A DNA stretch of 64,000 bases from Spizellomyces punctatus DAOM BR117. Its lineage: Eukaryota. Both the position numbers and the translations under genes were made by a program. Below are positions 1 through 13,738 of this stretch, in pieces; position 1 is the stretch's first letter; each line of letters opens with the position of its first letter. The notes under the pieces are model-generated. The model searched no databases and was not told the origin of the DNA. It saw nothing but the letters and a program-made list of their open reading frames with translations. The DNA lies in assembly GCA_000182565.2 (NCBI GenBank), contig KQ257466.1; one strand, 5' to 3'.

Positions 1-815
1 CAACGATAACCAAGATGGAACAAAAGAACACGTACGAAAACTTGAGCAATGGGGGCGTGCAGAGTGTCGAAAATCAGTGTCTAGTAAATGACGCTGCACA
101 CAAAGCATTGCACGGGACATTATGCCAGTATCCGTGGTTGCCTGCAAGACGACATGGCTGACTAATGTTGATGTAACTCCGACATGGGGGGCAAAGCACA
201 TGGGCAGACAAAAAGGAGGGATAGGACTAGGATATAAGGGACGGAAATATAAAAAAAACTAGATATTCCATACCGTAGTCAAGAGCCGTGGCATTCCCCT
301 GCCTGCACAGAAGAAGACTAAGTTGGAATAACTGGGTAACTAGTGGGCGGCTGCATGTACTTGTGCAGTTTTCCAATTGTTTTTGCAGTTTACAAGAGTC
401 GTAACGATATGCAAATCAATCCTCAATGACGAAGGAAAATAGGGGTTTTCTACGGGTGTGGACGCCTCCCAGCATCCCCTTTATTTCCATCGCCTGTGTT
501 AATTACCATGGAGTATTATAACCGTGTTGCGACATATACAATAAATATAAGATATAAGGGTCATTAAGGCAGCTTGGAAATCTAGCGATGCAGAACAAAA
601 AAAAAGGCACATATTTTTACGTATTGCAGCCATAAAAAAAAATCAGGTTACAAGTAGACAACATATCGTCCTCAATCTAATGCTAACACAAGAAGAGATA
701 TCATCATCCTCGCGACCGCCGATATTGCGGACCACCACAAAGGAAGATTTTCTATCGGCCATAAACTTCACCATATCCTTCGCTAACGTAACCAAAGCCA
801 CCCAACGAAAACAAC

Positions 816-2941
816 CTACTTTTTGGTTGTTCGCTTGACTAATGGAGTCAATGCACTCGACGGCGCTGCGATTCTCAAGAAGGGATGCTGTAGCAACTCA
901 TCTGCTGTGGCCCGCTTAGCAACATCCACTTCCAGACACCGTCCCAAAAAGTTCTTAAACACGCCGCTCAACTTTTCGGGGCTTTTCAACGTAGGAGTAC
1001 CGTTCGTTGCAATGAGGTAAAGCGCTTTAAGTGGCTCTTCTTCCAAATATGGCGGTTCGCCTTCAATCATTTCAATAGCCATGATTCCCAAGGACCAGAT
1101 ATCAACTTTTGCACCGTATTCTTTTTGCTTGACGACTTCCGGAGCCATCCAGTAAGGAGTACCGACCATTGTAGCACGTTTGCCCCGATCCGCAGTCAGT
1201 TTGGCACAGAAACCAAAATCTGTAATTTTCACGTGTCCTTCAGAGTCCAAAAGCACGTTATCACTCTTAATGTCTCGGTGGATAATGCTACGATTGTGCA
1301 GGTGGTGTAGACCCTTTATGGTTTCACAGCAGATTGCGGCGATTTGCGGCTCGTTCATTGTGTTGTTGTCAATAATGTCGGTTAATGGCCCTCCCTCCAT
1401 GTACTCCATGACCACCCACAACTCGCTCTTCACCAAGAAACTGTCGAGGTAGTTTACAATGTTTGGATGCTGGCTCTCCTTCATTACCAGGATCTCGTTT
1501 ACGATGAGCTCCTTACGAGGTTGGTTAGCCAGGTCCATCTGTTTGATGGCTACCACTGTGTTGTTGCCCGTGTTACGTGCGACAAATACAGAACCAGATG
1601 CTCTATAAACGATCAAATGTTAAGATGAGCACGAAAATTCGAGTCTGTGATAACCGCATGCTGATCACATACCCTTGACCGACTTTCTTGACTTTGGCAT
1701 AAAGAATGGTCGGATCTCCTTTGGAAACCACTGCTCGCAATTTCTCCATAATCTGTGCTTCCGACATTGTCGACAATCGTGTGTCTCGGCCTTTTGGGCT
1801 CTTTGTCGGAGCTGCAGTTGGAGCAGATGGTTCTTTAACTGGAGCCGGAGGACGCGCCGGCACATCCTGTGGCCGCGATGGTTGCGGGGGCGGTAGTCGC
1901 GAAGAGCCCCCATTTGTGTAAGCGCTCCCATTGGGGTACGCTGGCTGGCTAGGCGGTGGGGCATATTGCTGTCGATCTCGGGTGCGATCCAATGTCTCAG
2001 GTGGTCGGGGGACAATTGCGGGTCTTGATGGCGGGGGTGGCACAACACGTTGCTAAAGAGTGGTCAACACTCCGATACCTAGGCACAGGAGAATAAAATA
2101 GAGTAAACTTACTGAAAGGTTAGGTGATGACGAAGGCGTCATGTACGGAGAAGTGGCCTTTGCTGGAGGTGCTGGTGATCCATAACCACCGTTCTGCTGT
2201 GAGGAATAACCACTACCAGGATCGAGACGAGAGCGTGGTGGCTCCTCAGCTCGTCTAGGTTGTGGTGGTGACCTTGGCGCGTCCCGCCCTCGACCCATAT
2301 TCTCAGTGTAGAATTCAAGAACATCCAAAACCGCCTGCGGGTTTTTGGTCATTTCTTCCTTTGAGATATTCGAGGATTCTAGGAGCGACTTCCATTCCCT
2401 TGGCAAACCGGTAAATAGCCCGCTATCCGAATCAAAACCGACATGAACCTTATGTACAAAGTTGGTAGGATTTGAGATACCCATTAACGGAGATCGCTGA
2501 AAACAAGGAAACATATCATGGGTCAGGACGAGAGGATGGGATACGTAATTTCTTCAGTAGCTTACCTGATAGATTTCATCCATCCACGAGTAAAGTTCCT
2601 CGTCACTCTTGCATGAGACATAGTAAGTCTTTTCTTTTGTCACAATCTCAAACGAGTATGGTTTTAATTCTGTCCGATTGACCGCTTCCACTTCTTTAAG
2701 AAATATGAGGGCCAATGCTTGGTATGTGTTCTAAAATGCATAGCCTGCATAAGCCAATGTCCCGGCGGCCCAAGCCAGAACCAGTGCGTTCCGCTTTCTA
2801 CTGGACAAGTGCAAGTACCTCATTCCGATGGAAGGTCAACGTCTGTTCTCTCAATAGCAGCCACCGCTTGGACCACATGAACGAGCGGAACCCATCTTCT
2901 CGAACTGAACAATAACCCCTCTTCACCACATAAGACGACAT
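816..2941 (-). CDS. CLA4: p21-activated kinase, Cla4-type (PH + CRIB + kinase), multi-exon
   Basis: First exon reads [41 protein letters not shown] (PH). CRIB motif [19 protein letters not shown]20 kinase motifs [20 protein letters not shown]. Exons are separated by GT-AG introns. Confidence 0.9.
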
Positions 2942-5033
2942 GGTCACGCTCCTTGTTTGGTGGGCCTTTCAGTTTGATTCAACGACTGATAGAGATACTT
3001 TCGCTGTCTGGTTCAGGTATTCATTAGAGTTTTGTTCAAGCATATAAACGGTCCATAGATGGAATAGAATCTTACTAATAGACAAAACTAGCGCAAGTTT
3101 GGTCCGTTTAACCGATGCGGTAATAATATCCAGGTCCCCGATATGCTATTTACACTTCTGTCCACAACGCCAAGAGTTTGTAACCGCCAGCGACAAGGTT
3201 GTGATGACAAGCGCGATGGCAGGAGAGCAGAGGGAACAAAAGAAGGATAGACAGAGTTACAATGGCTGTTGCGCAAAAGTGACAGAATATTTTGAACGTT
3301 TCCGTCGCCCATCGATTTCCTACTGGCACTTGCACACACCTGGGTACCGTCCCAAACACTCCACCTCCCGACAAACAATATCGCGTTCCAGAAGGAAAGG
3401 TCAGTCGCGATTGCTCAAGTCCACAGCCGACAAGGTTGTTTGAACGGAGTATGGTCACAGCCGTTGTCAAAACCGAGCACAGATTGCGCTGCCTTCAACT
3501 GACAAGCAAAAAAAAAAAAAAAAAAGAAAGCCTGTCCGTCCCAACCAGCTGTTGCTTTGTCCGCCTTGGAACTTGCTCCTTTTGGCACAAAAGGGTCGAA
3601 AGCCCCACCACCACCGTCTGTGTGACGTTGTGATGGACCGCCTTATTTGATTACCAAATATAGGAATATGAAATGGCGCCGTAAAAATGGCAAGTTTTAC
3701 AAAGGGCGCTTTCTGAACAAGGAGGGGGAATTAAACTCGCATGGTTTGTTTTTTTGAAAGGTTTTTGTTAACGGGATGTTTAACAGATATCTCCATTGTC
3801 TTGATTAAGCGGGTGTGATAGCCGTTGTCTTTAAGGCAAGATTCGGACAAGAGGATCGGGATGGGAATACAATGGCCCCAAGGCATGACCCTCCGTCTTT
3901 ACTCGCCAGACATACTCGCAACATTGTTACAAAGCTCATCCTCCGAAAAGAGTCTGGACAGTCGGCTGGACGTGTGTCAACTGGCACATGATGTGAATTC
4001 TGACTTCTGCTGGTTAAGCTCACGTGTATATATTCTTTACGCAAGAGGTAATAAGAGTGTGCTGGTGACATGACAAAAGGGCAGTGTTTCTGACTGCTGA
4101 AGACGGCCGACAGGAATGTCATTTTGTGTCAATAGTGGCATGTGTCTCACTTTTTTGTTAACCATCGCGCCGCGGTTCCAGGCGCTATGTGTGCGTGACA
4201 TGGTCTGCTGGCCTCGACGCTAATGGAGATGACAGACTGGAGACAAGCCGACGTCGTCCATGTGGATGGATTTACGCAAAGTCTGGATTGTTGGATCAGA
4301 CAGCAGTCCAACATTCCTTTGTTCTGACCAATAAAGCACCTTTCACTTCAGCTTTATTCAAATCGGTTAAATAGTGAAGCGCGGCTCTGGTCTTTAGCTA
4401 TTCTTTCATTTGGAAGACTGCCTGAACTTGGTAGCGAGCACTCTTGGCAGATGTTACTGAATTTTACACGCTATCTGCATGCAAGTCTGGTATGGGTTTA
4501 TACAGCTTGGAAAAAAGTCCATAGATCTTACGGGTACTGAAAAATTCTCAAGAGCAATAGCAGAAGGGAAAGACTCATGCCAGCTCTGATCGGAAAGCTG
4601 GCGCTTTGTACAATGTTATAACGATACAGGTTGTCTCAGTGTCAACCACCTGCGCAGGTGCCCTCAAATGACCAGGGATACATCTCAATAGAGATCTTAC
4701 TGTAACTTACAGAATGTAAGTCGTCACTCTTGTTAGAGTGATATTATAGTACCACAACACCACCATATCTAGTGTAGCCACAGGAGAAATCATAATTTCC
4801 GTGCAATTTCGGCGTGATTGAGACACAAGTCGGAGTATCATACACAGGGTTATATGAAAAGGAAGCCGCGGTATACAATAGTGCAAAGGGACGGTGGTCG
4901 GTGTGCGATCGCATAACGAGAGTTCAGCGTGCTTGATCGCCATGGCACTACTCGTTGACCCGCCTCCGCAGACGTATACGTTCATCTGCTTTAAGATTGA
5001 CAATACAGGGCAAAGACCCTCACAGGTATGTAT

Positions 5034-5106
5034 GGGCCTATGGCCCAATGGATAAGGCGCCTGACTACGGATCAGGAGATTCCAGGTTCGAATCCTGGTA
5101 GGCTCG
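5034..5106 (+). tRNA. tRNA-Arg(ACG)
   Basis: 73-nt cloverleaf GGGCCTA...TAGGCTCG. Anticodon arm CCTGA-CTACGGA-TCAGG, T-loop GGTTCGAATCC. Confidence 0.95.
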
Positions 5107-6910
5107 TAAACTTTGCGCTCACAACATTTTTTGCCCTTTCCTTAACAAAGATCGTTTCCTTTTTGCATAGCGTTCTACGTATTCGCATATGGCGGAACTA
5201 CGCACATACATCGCAACTTGCGGGCGGCATCATTTGCTTCGGTTCAACCGATGCGAGCACTGATCCTCGTGTTTTGAGTATGCCTTGCACGCCGCCCTAT
5301 GCAGGTGATTCCAGTATCGTCCTACGGTCCGGCTTCAATTAATGTAAGTCGCCCGAAAGATCCAGATGTAACGTTATACCGTTCGCTTAAACGTCACAGT
5401 GGACAATGAATTCTCTATAGTCGCTTACTGCAGAGCACACACGCTACTGGCGGTGTGTGGTTGCACCGGACCCCGTGCAACAGCCTGCCAAAGTGCATCC
5501 GAATGCAGTGTCGTGTGATGATCGGCGCCGCATATGTTCTTTCCACTAGTTTTCTAAGCGTGTGCTTTGCAATGCATCGCAAATCCAGAGATCCTAACAA
5601 GGCACATCATCTGGTGATGACAGTGCAGTTGTGACGTGCGAGCTTCATGCTAGGCTGCTTTGGGTGTGGACGATAGCCCCGCTTCTGACAGCCACAATAG
5701 AGCGATTTGGGACGGTCGTGGTGTAGGGAGGGTGTAACGTGAAGGCGGTCCAGCCAGGAGTTCAAATTATTGCCATGAGACCAAAAGTCACAAAAATGCG
5801 GTGGTGTTCCCTCTGCCGCTGGAATGTATCCACATCTGGCTCGGATCTAGTAACTGCACGCTTACGGAATCCCGTTTTACTGCATTCCGTCCAAACTCAT
5901 CTTTTCCGCGAAAGGACACCTTTAGGACTACATCGCTATCCGCGATTGATCGCAGATGCTCACATTTGAGATTCAAAATGATCGCTTTCTTCCCGCTCTG
6001 CCCCTGGTGAGCAATGTCGGATGGCAAGCGCTATTTGCGTTTTCCCAATTCCTCACTACATCGGGCCGTTGCGCACTTTCAAGGAGGTTGTCGATGAAGC
6101 CAGAGTTCTTGGAAATATAGGTAAAGTGCTCCCAACAAGGGTTTTGGAACGATTTCACCGTGCAATGAATGGCAAAGTATTGATTCAACCAATTGGGATT
6201 TGGGAGCAAGACTGCGGTTGAGGTAGCAGATATTTGAATAATACTATACGGCAGAATCGGCAGTCATCAATGTTCGCTCTGAACGATAGTGTTACCGGCA
6301 GAACTGAGACCAAGCTCTATTCCAGCGAGGCTAAAGATGAGACGTGTCGTCCGCATGCCCTCATTCTCTGCTCCTAGGAAGCGTACGGTCGGTCACAGGC
6401 TTACTAGGTCATGTTACTGTAAAAGTGGTATGCCATAGTGCCAGCTCCCGCGGCGCGGCGTTCGATGACATATCGTCGGCGAAACGTGGCGAAAGCGTTT
6501 AGGGAGAACTGGAAAGCGCGTTGCAGTCAAAGCTTTATCCACAGTCGATGCACGATTGACCGCGGTTTTCGGATAGATCCCACCCATTGTGTGAAAACCA
6601 ATAGGTATGCGTTTGTATTGAGGAATGTCATCTGGGCATCTGGGCGGTTCGCGAGTCAGCCACACCAGCGCGACGCGTCAGCAGCCGTTTGAGTTGGCCG
6701 CGAATAGTGAGTTCGAGGAATGAAAAACTAGCCAATATAGGACTCGTATCCAAAAACATAGAACAGAAACAACAGACAAAGCGCAAGATGAAATAAGATA
6801 AGATCGGAAAAGATTATACAGGGAGTAAATGGCCAGAACTATCCTGGAAATTCCTCTGGCACTCCTACTCGTATTTTTGAAATCTTCAGCAAAAGCCTTC
6901 CCATTCACAT

Positions 6911-8506
6911 TTAATCCCAAGACTTGCTCGAGACTGCTGATAATGTTAATATTACATTCCTCCCATCAAAGATGTTGCTGAAAACATTCCCGCCAATCCA
7001 GCTTCTACCATCCGCGTCCTGAGATCCTGGCATAGCTCGACGCGCACCCGTTGTTGGATGAGCGTCCACAGAGGTCGCATGTCCGATATCAATACACATC
7101 CCTTGTAAAGCCATGATTGATATAAAAAGTCGGGAGTAGTTAATGGTAACGACAATTGGGCCTTACCTTGACTTCCAAAACTGCCAGCTTCTTGCACTGG
7201 CTCTTGATGCGTGTTAAACTCTTATCCGTTATGGGGCAATAATTTACTTCCAGTGTCCTCAAGGACTCTCCGCATTCTTCGACAACCAGCCCAATGGCTT
7301 CGTCTGTTACTCGACATCCCGTCAAACCCAACTCCACTAACGACTTGCAATTTCGTGCCAGGACGTACAGCGATCGATCAGTAACACAGTTTCCGTCCTC
7401 CCTCCGACCCAGATTGATGTGACGCAGTCGCGTACAGCGTCGAAAGAGTGGACAGAGACCCTTGTCAGTGATGAGAGAGCAGAAGCGGAGGTCGAGGTGT
7501 ACGAGGGTTTTATGGGAGAAGCGAGTAAGTTCGGATAGGGACGTATCTGTGATTTTGGGGACATGGGGTGTTGATAGATGACTTAGACGAGAGCAATGGT
7601 GGGCAGCGGTGACAATGGTGGCATTTGTGAGCATGTGGCAAGAATCAAGTTCCAAATGCGTGAGGTTATGGCACTGACGTAGGATGGGTATCATATGATC
7701 GTCGGTGATGTCGGAGAGCTGCAGCGAGAGCAATCAAGATAGGTCAGAGTGCGGCGATACAATAGATTGTCTCGAAAAAACAATAAAATGCTCACCTTGT
7801 AACAAACCAATTTCGTGACCATTCCTCCATACAAATGTGTATATTCTGGTGTCAACAAGCTTGACCTCCACATTTCGGGTAACAAATTCCAATCCTTCAC
7901 AATAGTTGGCACCCCATTTCCACCATCGGTTGCCACCCGATTAACAAGTTTCTCGCTCACTTCCCATACTCCTCCCAATACGGCACCAATCACACTAAAA
8001 ACACCGCCTCTTCTCCACTCTGCCTCTAGTCTGTCCTGACCGCGCTCCCTCAACTCTAACCACCGACTTTTTGGCGCAAAGGTTCGCAAAAGTCGTCGAA
8101 AGGTGTAAAAATTATCCAGTCGGAGTTCACTCCATAACATTTTTGTGGCAAACATGTTCCACGTTCGGCAAACCAAGGCGCATGTATATAGTTGTCGGAG
8201 TGTTGTGTCGGAGGTGCATGGGAGGTCGGAGTTGGAAGAATCGGGCAGTATGTGTCGTGCATTTTGTACGTAGGTTAGTATGGGGATTAGGATGTCGGGT
8301 AGTAAGAGTGGATGGAGGTTATCGCCATTGTGACGTCGGGGTATTCTTTGTGTCAAGCCGTCAACCGGTAACGACTTTGTCACGGCAAAGGACGAAAGCT
8401 CTGGTGCTTTTCCGGACTCGTTTCTCTTCAAAGCTACCAGTGGCGGATATGACGTCCGCTGGAATTCGCAGTGAGCGGACAGCGGACCTCTTTGCAGAGG
8501 GGGCAT
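6911..8506 (-). CDS. F-box / leucine-rich repeat (FBXL-like) protein, about 3 exons
   Basis: F-box-like LLLPDILIPILTYV...LYTCALVCRTWN. Repeated cysteine-containing LRRs (LxxLxLxxCxxITD) in ORF 7140-7733. Confidence 0.8.
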
Positions 8507-8848
8507 GTGCCGACTGACAGGTTTGTTTCGTTTTAAAGTGTACGAAGCGAAAGTAAAGTGTTCTTGTGTGTTTTCTTGCGTATTCCAAAAGAGTTTCCTT
8601 CTGTGCCGTGTGTGTTAATGGGGGTCAATTGCGAAAATGCCGCACAGTAAGGTTGCTTTTGAGGATGTGTTGAAGGGGGGGAAGCCTGTTGGTTGCAAAG
8701 GCAGGCTCTCCGACGCTCCCATGTGAAAGATTATCATTTCAACACACACCGCGCCCCTCTGCCAAAAGGTGTTTCCCCCCCTTTTCCAAGGCTTCTAAAC
8801 CCCCCAGAAGCAAAACACATTTTGACCACACGAGGACATTCAACGACA

Positions 8849-9502
8849 ATGACATTTCCCTCCACCACAGACAATCCCAGAGTCAATAGCGCTGTAAAGG
8901 CCTTTTTCGCTATCCACCAAACAGACCCAAATATCGTCGCATCTCCAGATCACACAGAGATCCCTTACTCGGTTCTCTACCATTCCCGCCTGGTTCACTG
9001 GACCCAAACCCTCTCCGCCCCCGATACTCCCTCCGAGCCCCTTTTTCTCGCCGCCCATACTCAGCATATCCGTCGTTGGACAGTTCCGCGTGCGTCGTTT
9101 CCAGAAGGGTTAGCTGGATACAAACGCTGGAGAAGCTCGCTGGCAAAGTTCCACGCTGAAGAGGCGGAAAGAGTGCTACGGGAAAGTGGGTACGGCGATG
9201 AGGATGCCGACATAATACAACGAGTGAAAGACTTGCTTCAAAAGCGAAACTTGAAAACGGACGCTGAAATGCAACTGTTTGAAGATGCCATTTGCTTGGT
9301 GTTCCTCGAAAAGGAATTCGAAGCCTTTGTCGCAAAGTACGATGAAGCAAAGGTTATTGATGTGTTGAGAAAGACTTGGGTAAAGATGGGAAGTAAAGGA
9401 CATGAAGCGGCATTGCAATTGGCTGGTGGCCTCCCCGAAGACTTGCAAGCTGTTGTCCACAAGGCCCTAACGGAAGATGCCTCTGATCCCAAAGTTGCAT
9501 AG
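8849..9502 (+). CDS. DUF4202-like protein (intronless)
   Basis: Motifs DPN, LAAHTQHIRRWTVPRASFPEGLAGYKRWR, QLFEDAICLVFLE and KTWVKM match my recollection of DUF4202. Likely ATG at 8849. Confidence 0.75.
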   Translation: MTFPSTTDNPRVNSAVKAFFAIHQTDPNIVASPDHTEIPYSVLYHSRLVHWTQTLSAPDTPSEPLFLAAHTQHIRRWTVPRASFPEGLAGYKRWRSSLAKFHAEEAERVLRESGYGDEDADIIQRVKDLLQKRNLKTDAEMQLFEDAICLVFLEKEFEAFVAKYDEAKVIDVLRKTWVKMGSKGHEAALQLAGGLPEDLQAVVHKALTEDASDPKVA

Positions 9503-9908
9503 GAGTATATACTTCATTAGCAGCGTTCCCCAGTCATTAACCAGGTGTACCATCATAAGGATGGCACACAAACCTGGCAGCCATGTAGAAAAGAGAACAG
9601 TACACAGGACATGTACATATCCAATTAATATTTCAGAATATCCATCACTAATCGCCCTAGCAGTATAGAATAGCACTGTCGCCCCTCTTGTATGATATAG
9701 CATTAAAGATGTAGCGTACTTGTTTACATGGCTGATGCAACTCTATTTGCATATCATTTTCTTATAGTACACCGCCAATATACTAATCGTCTGATATTAT
9801 ATCAAAGAGACCAGATACACCCTCATACACTGAGAACAATAAGAAACAATTCCACCATAACCTCAAGTACAGCCCCAAAAAAAACATTTCCTGATACTTT
9901 TTGTTTTG

Positions 9909-12310
9909 TCAATGCCGGTGATAACAATTACTACATTGATCCTTCCTAAACGCATTCGCCAAAAACTCGGCACATCCACAGGTTCCACACGGAGTAGCAG
10001 TCGTCGCATGATTTGATACAGGTAGCTGTCCACCGACGAAACTCATCCTACCTCGGCTCGCGGGTGAGGCAGGAGGAGGAAAGGGTGCTCCGCCAGCTGC
10101 AGAGGATCGTTGGACAAGTCCTTCCAAAGCAGCCGGAGAGGCCTGTGTAACCTGCTGTTGTGGTGGGATGGGTGCATTCGTGGGGACAAAGGAGAGACGG
10201 GAAATATGGGAGTACGGGCGGTCTTGCGGTCGTTGTTGGCTAACAGATGTGGGGGAGAGGTTAATATCAGAGTTTGGGCGGGGGGTTTGTTCGACTTCGG
10301 AAGATCTAGGTTGGTAGGCTGGGTCGGATCCTCCTGCCAGCTCATTTCGTGGAGGCATGGAAGGAAGGTTGTTGGTTAATACTCTGTGGATGGGACACAT
10401 TGTAATAAGCACGGTAGGTGTATATAAATTCCGCAAAAAGTTAAACTTACTCAACATAATTGCTTGGGAACATTCCGACGGTTCCACTACCGTCAGAAAG
10501 TTCGCCTTCCCACCACCCTTCATCAATTTCGCAGACTACATTGATAATATCGCCTTTTCGCACTAGCAAGGTTCTCGCAGTTGAGCTATCAAGATACAGG
10601 CAGGGCGCTAGATCACTGAACACTTACATGTGAGTTCATCGGGTCCTTCGGCATCGAAATCAAAGAGAACGCGAACTTGTTTTTTCGCTGGGGACGTTGA
10701 TGGTTGTGGGACACTCGCCAGAGGTAATGATGAAGCTGAAAGTGAAAAGTTATAAAGTAAATTGAGGTGCCAAGCTCCAAATCTGCTCTCAGGTATTTCT
10801 TACAGGAATCTTGTCTCTGTGGAATAGGCGCGGGTACTGTGGACCCGTTGGGTCCAACCATTGGGTAAACCATGGATCCTGCATTTGCAGCATAAGACAA
10901 TTTGCGGTCCGGCCCAGTAGGTCGTGCTGTGGAGGGAGGCCCAAAACTGTCGCCGCTAGGCCGCCGCTGCGGTGGGTCATTTACACTTGACCGGGCAGTT
11001 ACAGACATTCGTGCGGCACCAGCATGTGAATTGGGATTACGAGGGATGCTATAAATCAGACATGGTCAATATGACAGTGCGACTCGGGACGTATGGAGAA
11101 CAGGAGGTAAAACTTACTCGGCCAAGGTTTGCTGCAAACCTGATATTATATCCAGACACTTTTTGTGATACGTCACTTCAGCATCCATAAAATTTAACAG
11201 ATCCTCCAGCTGGTCTTCTTCATTGGAGTTGAGTTCAATCATCTTGTGTGTCGTGTCTGTTAGAGACTCTTCGTATTTTGATTGAGCTGCTCTCGTCTCC
11301 TCTTCCAGTTCCGGCTTTTCCTTTCGACTTTTCTGCACTTTGTTCAGTTTGGCATCAAAATCTAGGCGTCGTCGTTCCAGCTTTGCTTTCAGTTGCTGAG
11401 GATATGACAATTAAGAGTCACATAAGTGCCCACAAGGGTTCGGTGTAAAGTGTGCGAAGAGTTACCGTGTACTCTTTCATGTCTGCAAGAATTCGAGAAA
11501 TATTGTTCACGTAAGAGTCTCGGACACGAGTCACCTGCGGGAGATATGCGAGAGTTTTGAGCTCCGAGATACTGGCATGTTCACAACAGCATTCTGGGCG
11601 TTGAGAGGTATCACTTACATACTCCAACTGAATATTGGCAATCCTTTCATGGCATTCCCCAAACTTGATCAAAGCTCTTCCTGCAAAGCGTGATTTAGAT
11701 GAGTTGTTTTTGCGGCTTTCACTACACTTGACAAGAAGGTCCAATAGTACCGTAGTTTGAATCCTCATGTAGCATGGTTCCAAAATGGATCATTGCGTCC
11801 GCCATGATTTCCAGTGGCAGCTTCTTGGTTTTATCTGTGAGGGACTCTTTTCGCTTTCCTACACATTTCATTGGTTTATAGAAATCGATGTTCAAGCTCT
11901 TCTGTGACATGCGTACCCATGGATTTTAGATAAACTGCCAAAGCCTCATGAACTTTTTCCGTGAACTCTCGTCGTAAATCCGTCTCCTGTTCCAGTCGTT
12001 TGAATTCCTCGCTGGTTTCTGTAACGGACAATGGTGAGCACCCGAACGTGGTCAAGCCGCCACCGGTCTCTTCCAACTCTGCTTCAAAAGCGCACCTGTC
12101 TTTTGCGAGCTGCCCATTTTCTCCCCTGAAAAACGCAACACTCAGAACAACATGTATATATTTCGTAGGCATCCACGGGACGTTACCTGTCCACTACAAG
12201 AAAACAAGGGTAAGTCCAAAAAAGACCCTGCCACTCGCCAAAAAATGAACTCGTAACAAACGTATACGAACCTGACGCAGCTGCCCAAACTTTTTCCCAA
12301 GAGACGCCAT
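9909..12310 (-). CDS. N-BAR + SH3 protein (endophilin-like) with C-terminal Cys/His motif, multi-exon
   Basis: Start [16 protein letters not shown] helices [17 protein letters not shown] and [14 protein letters not shown]3 start [16 protein letters not shown]. Ends [26 protein letters not shown]. Confidence 0.8.
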
Positions 12311-12813
12311 CTCGCTAGATTTCGAGTCGGAAAAAAGGGTCCGCCGTCAGCGTCAACTGAATACCACAGAGATCATGAACACGCTTTATACGGCACCCAA
12401 CACGTAACAATGACAGTAATACCTCCGGTGAGCAGTCTCCCAACCCAACGTTCAAGGAGAACCACAAGGACGTGATGAGAAAGTCGAAAGTAAAAAACCG
12501 TCTGTTCAAAAAGGGAAACTCCGTCTCGAATGGGGCCGGGGTGCTGTAAAGGGTTGTGGTTCTTAGGACCTGTCGATCATTATTAGGGCGCGTTTCTACA
12601 GGATTTTCTCATGGATCACCCACATATATACCCGTGCGTGTATGTTTGTAATTTTCGATATCTGTGGATGCAAAGAAATGTAAGTAAATGGGGAGTGTCC
12701 GTGGATTCAAAGAGCAGATATTCTATCTTGAGCCGTTGACATACCGAGGGGATGTGAATATCAATATCACCAATGTACGCATCGTGATGATACCCGCTTG
12801 CCAACATTTCAAG

Positions 12814-12887
12814 GCTCTCTTAGCTCAGTTGGTTAGAGCGTGGTGCTAATAACGCCAAGGTCATAGGTTCGATCCCTATAGGGAGCA
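12814..12887 (+). tRNA. tRNA-Ile(AAT)
   Basis: 74-nt cloverleaf GCTCTCT...AGGGAGCA with anticodon loop CTAATAA and a downstream T-run terminator. Confidence 0.95.
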
Positions 12888-13261
12888 TCTCGACGTTCAA
12901 CACTCTTTTTGTTGGCTTGCAAGAAGCCATCCCGACGACCAGTTTCATAGAAACTATATATGCAAAAGTTGATACAGACAGCGAAACCAAATATCGATGA
13001 TGTTATTGTCAGAGCACAACCTGACTACGTTCATCACTGCACGTTTTCTTGGACTGTCGATTTGACAAGTATCCATCTCGATCATCAGTTATTGTTTCAA
13101 ATTTTATACGAACAAGGAGTTCTAGTCGTCTGGGAACACTACCTGAATACATCAGCATACTATTTTCTCGGAACTATTCGTTCGCTATAAAATAACCAAG
13201 TCATTGAATACATATGATCAAAGTATGTATGATCAAAAACACCGAGACATGCGTATTCGAC

Positions 13262-13335
13262 GCTCTCTTAGCTCAGTTGGTCAGAGCGTGGTGCTAATAA
13301 CGCCAAGGTCATAGGTTCGACCCCTATAGGGAGCA
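13262..13335 (+). tRNA. tRNA-Ile(AAT)
   Basis: Near-identical to the 12814 copy (differences in the D- and T-loops), followed by a T-run. Confidence 0.95.
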
Positions 13336-13738
13336 CTCAACGATGGGTCTGTATTTTTTTTGCACCTTGTTAATGCTAATTTTTTTATTTTTTCATGTCG
13401 TCGGAGAGTAGCTATGCGATGCATTGTGGTTCATGAAAAATGTGTATTAGCTGTTTACAAACTGTACATGATCCAGGCATATTATATCATTTGCTTGTAT
13501 TCGTAGTCTTGATTGACTTCGAACGAGGCATCCAGCACATCGCTACACATGGTTCATGAAAAAATTGTATATTTAAACCGTCTACAAACTTTAGAGAATA
13601 CCAACACACCATACATGAATTAAGAGAAGAAGAGGGGGGGTAGTATAAAAGCGTAGAAAAGGATGGGCGTAAGGAAAATACAGAAAAAAAGCACACACAC
13701 ACACTACACACACACACATATATTACCAATTTACTCTT

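Noticed and set aside
3600-5030. Short ORFs in this long intergenic stretch (likewise 45500-46900 and 61900-62600)
   Set aside because: No recognisable domains, repeats or RNA structures by eye.
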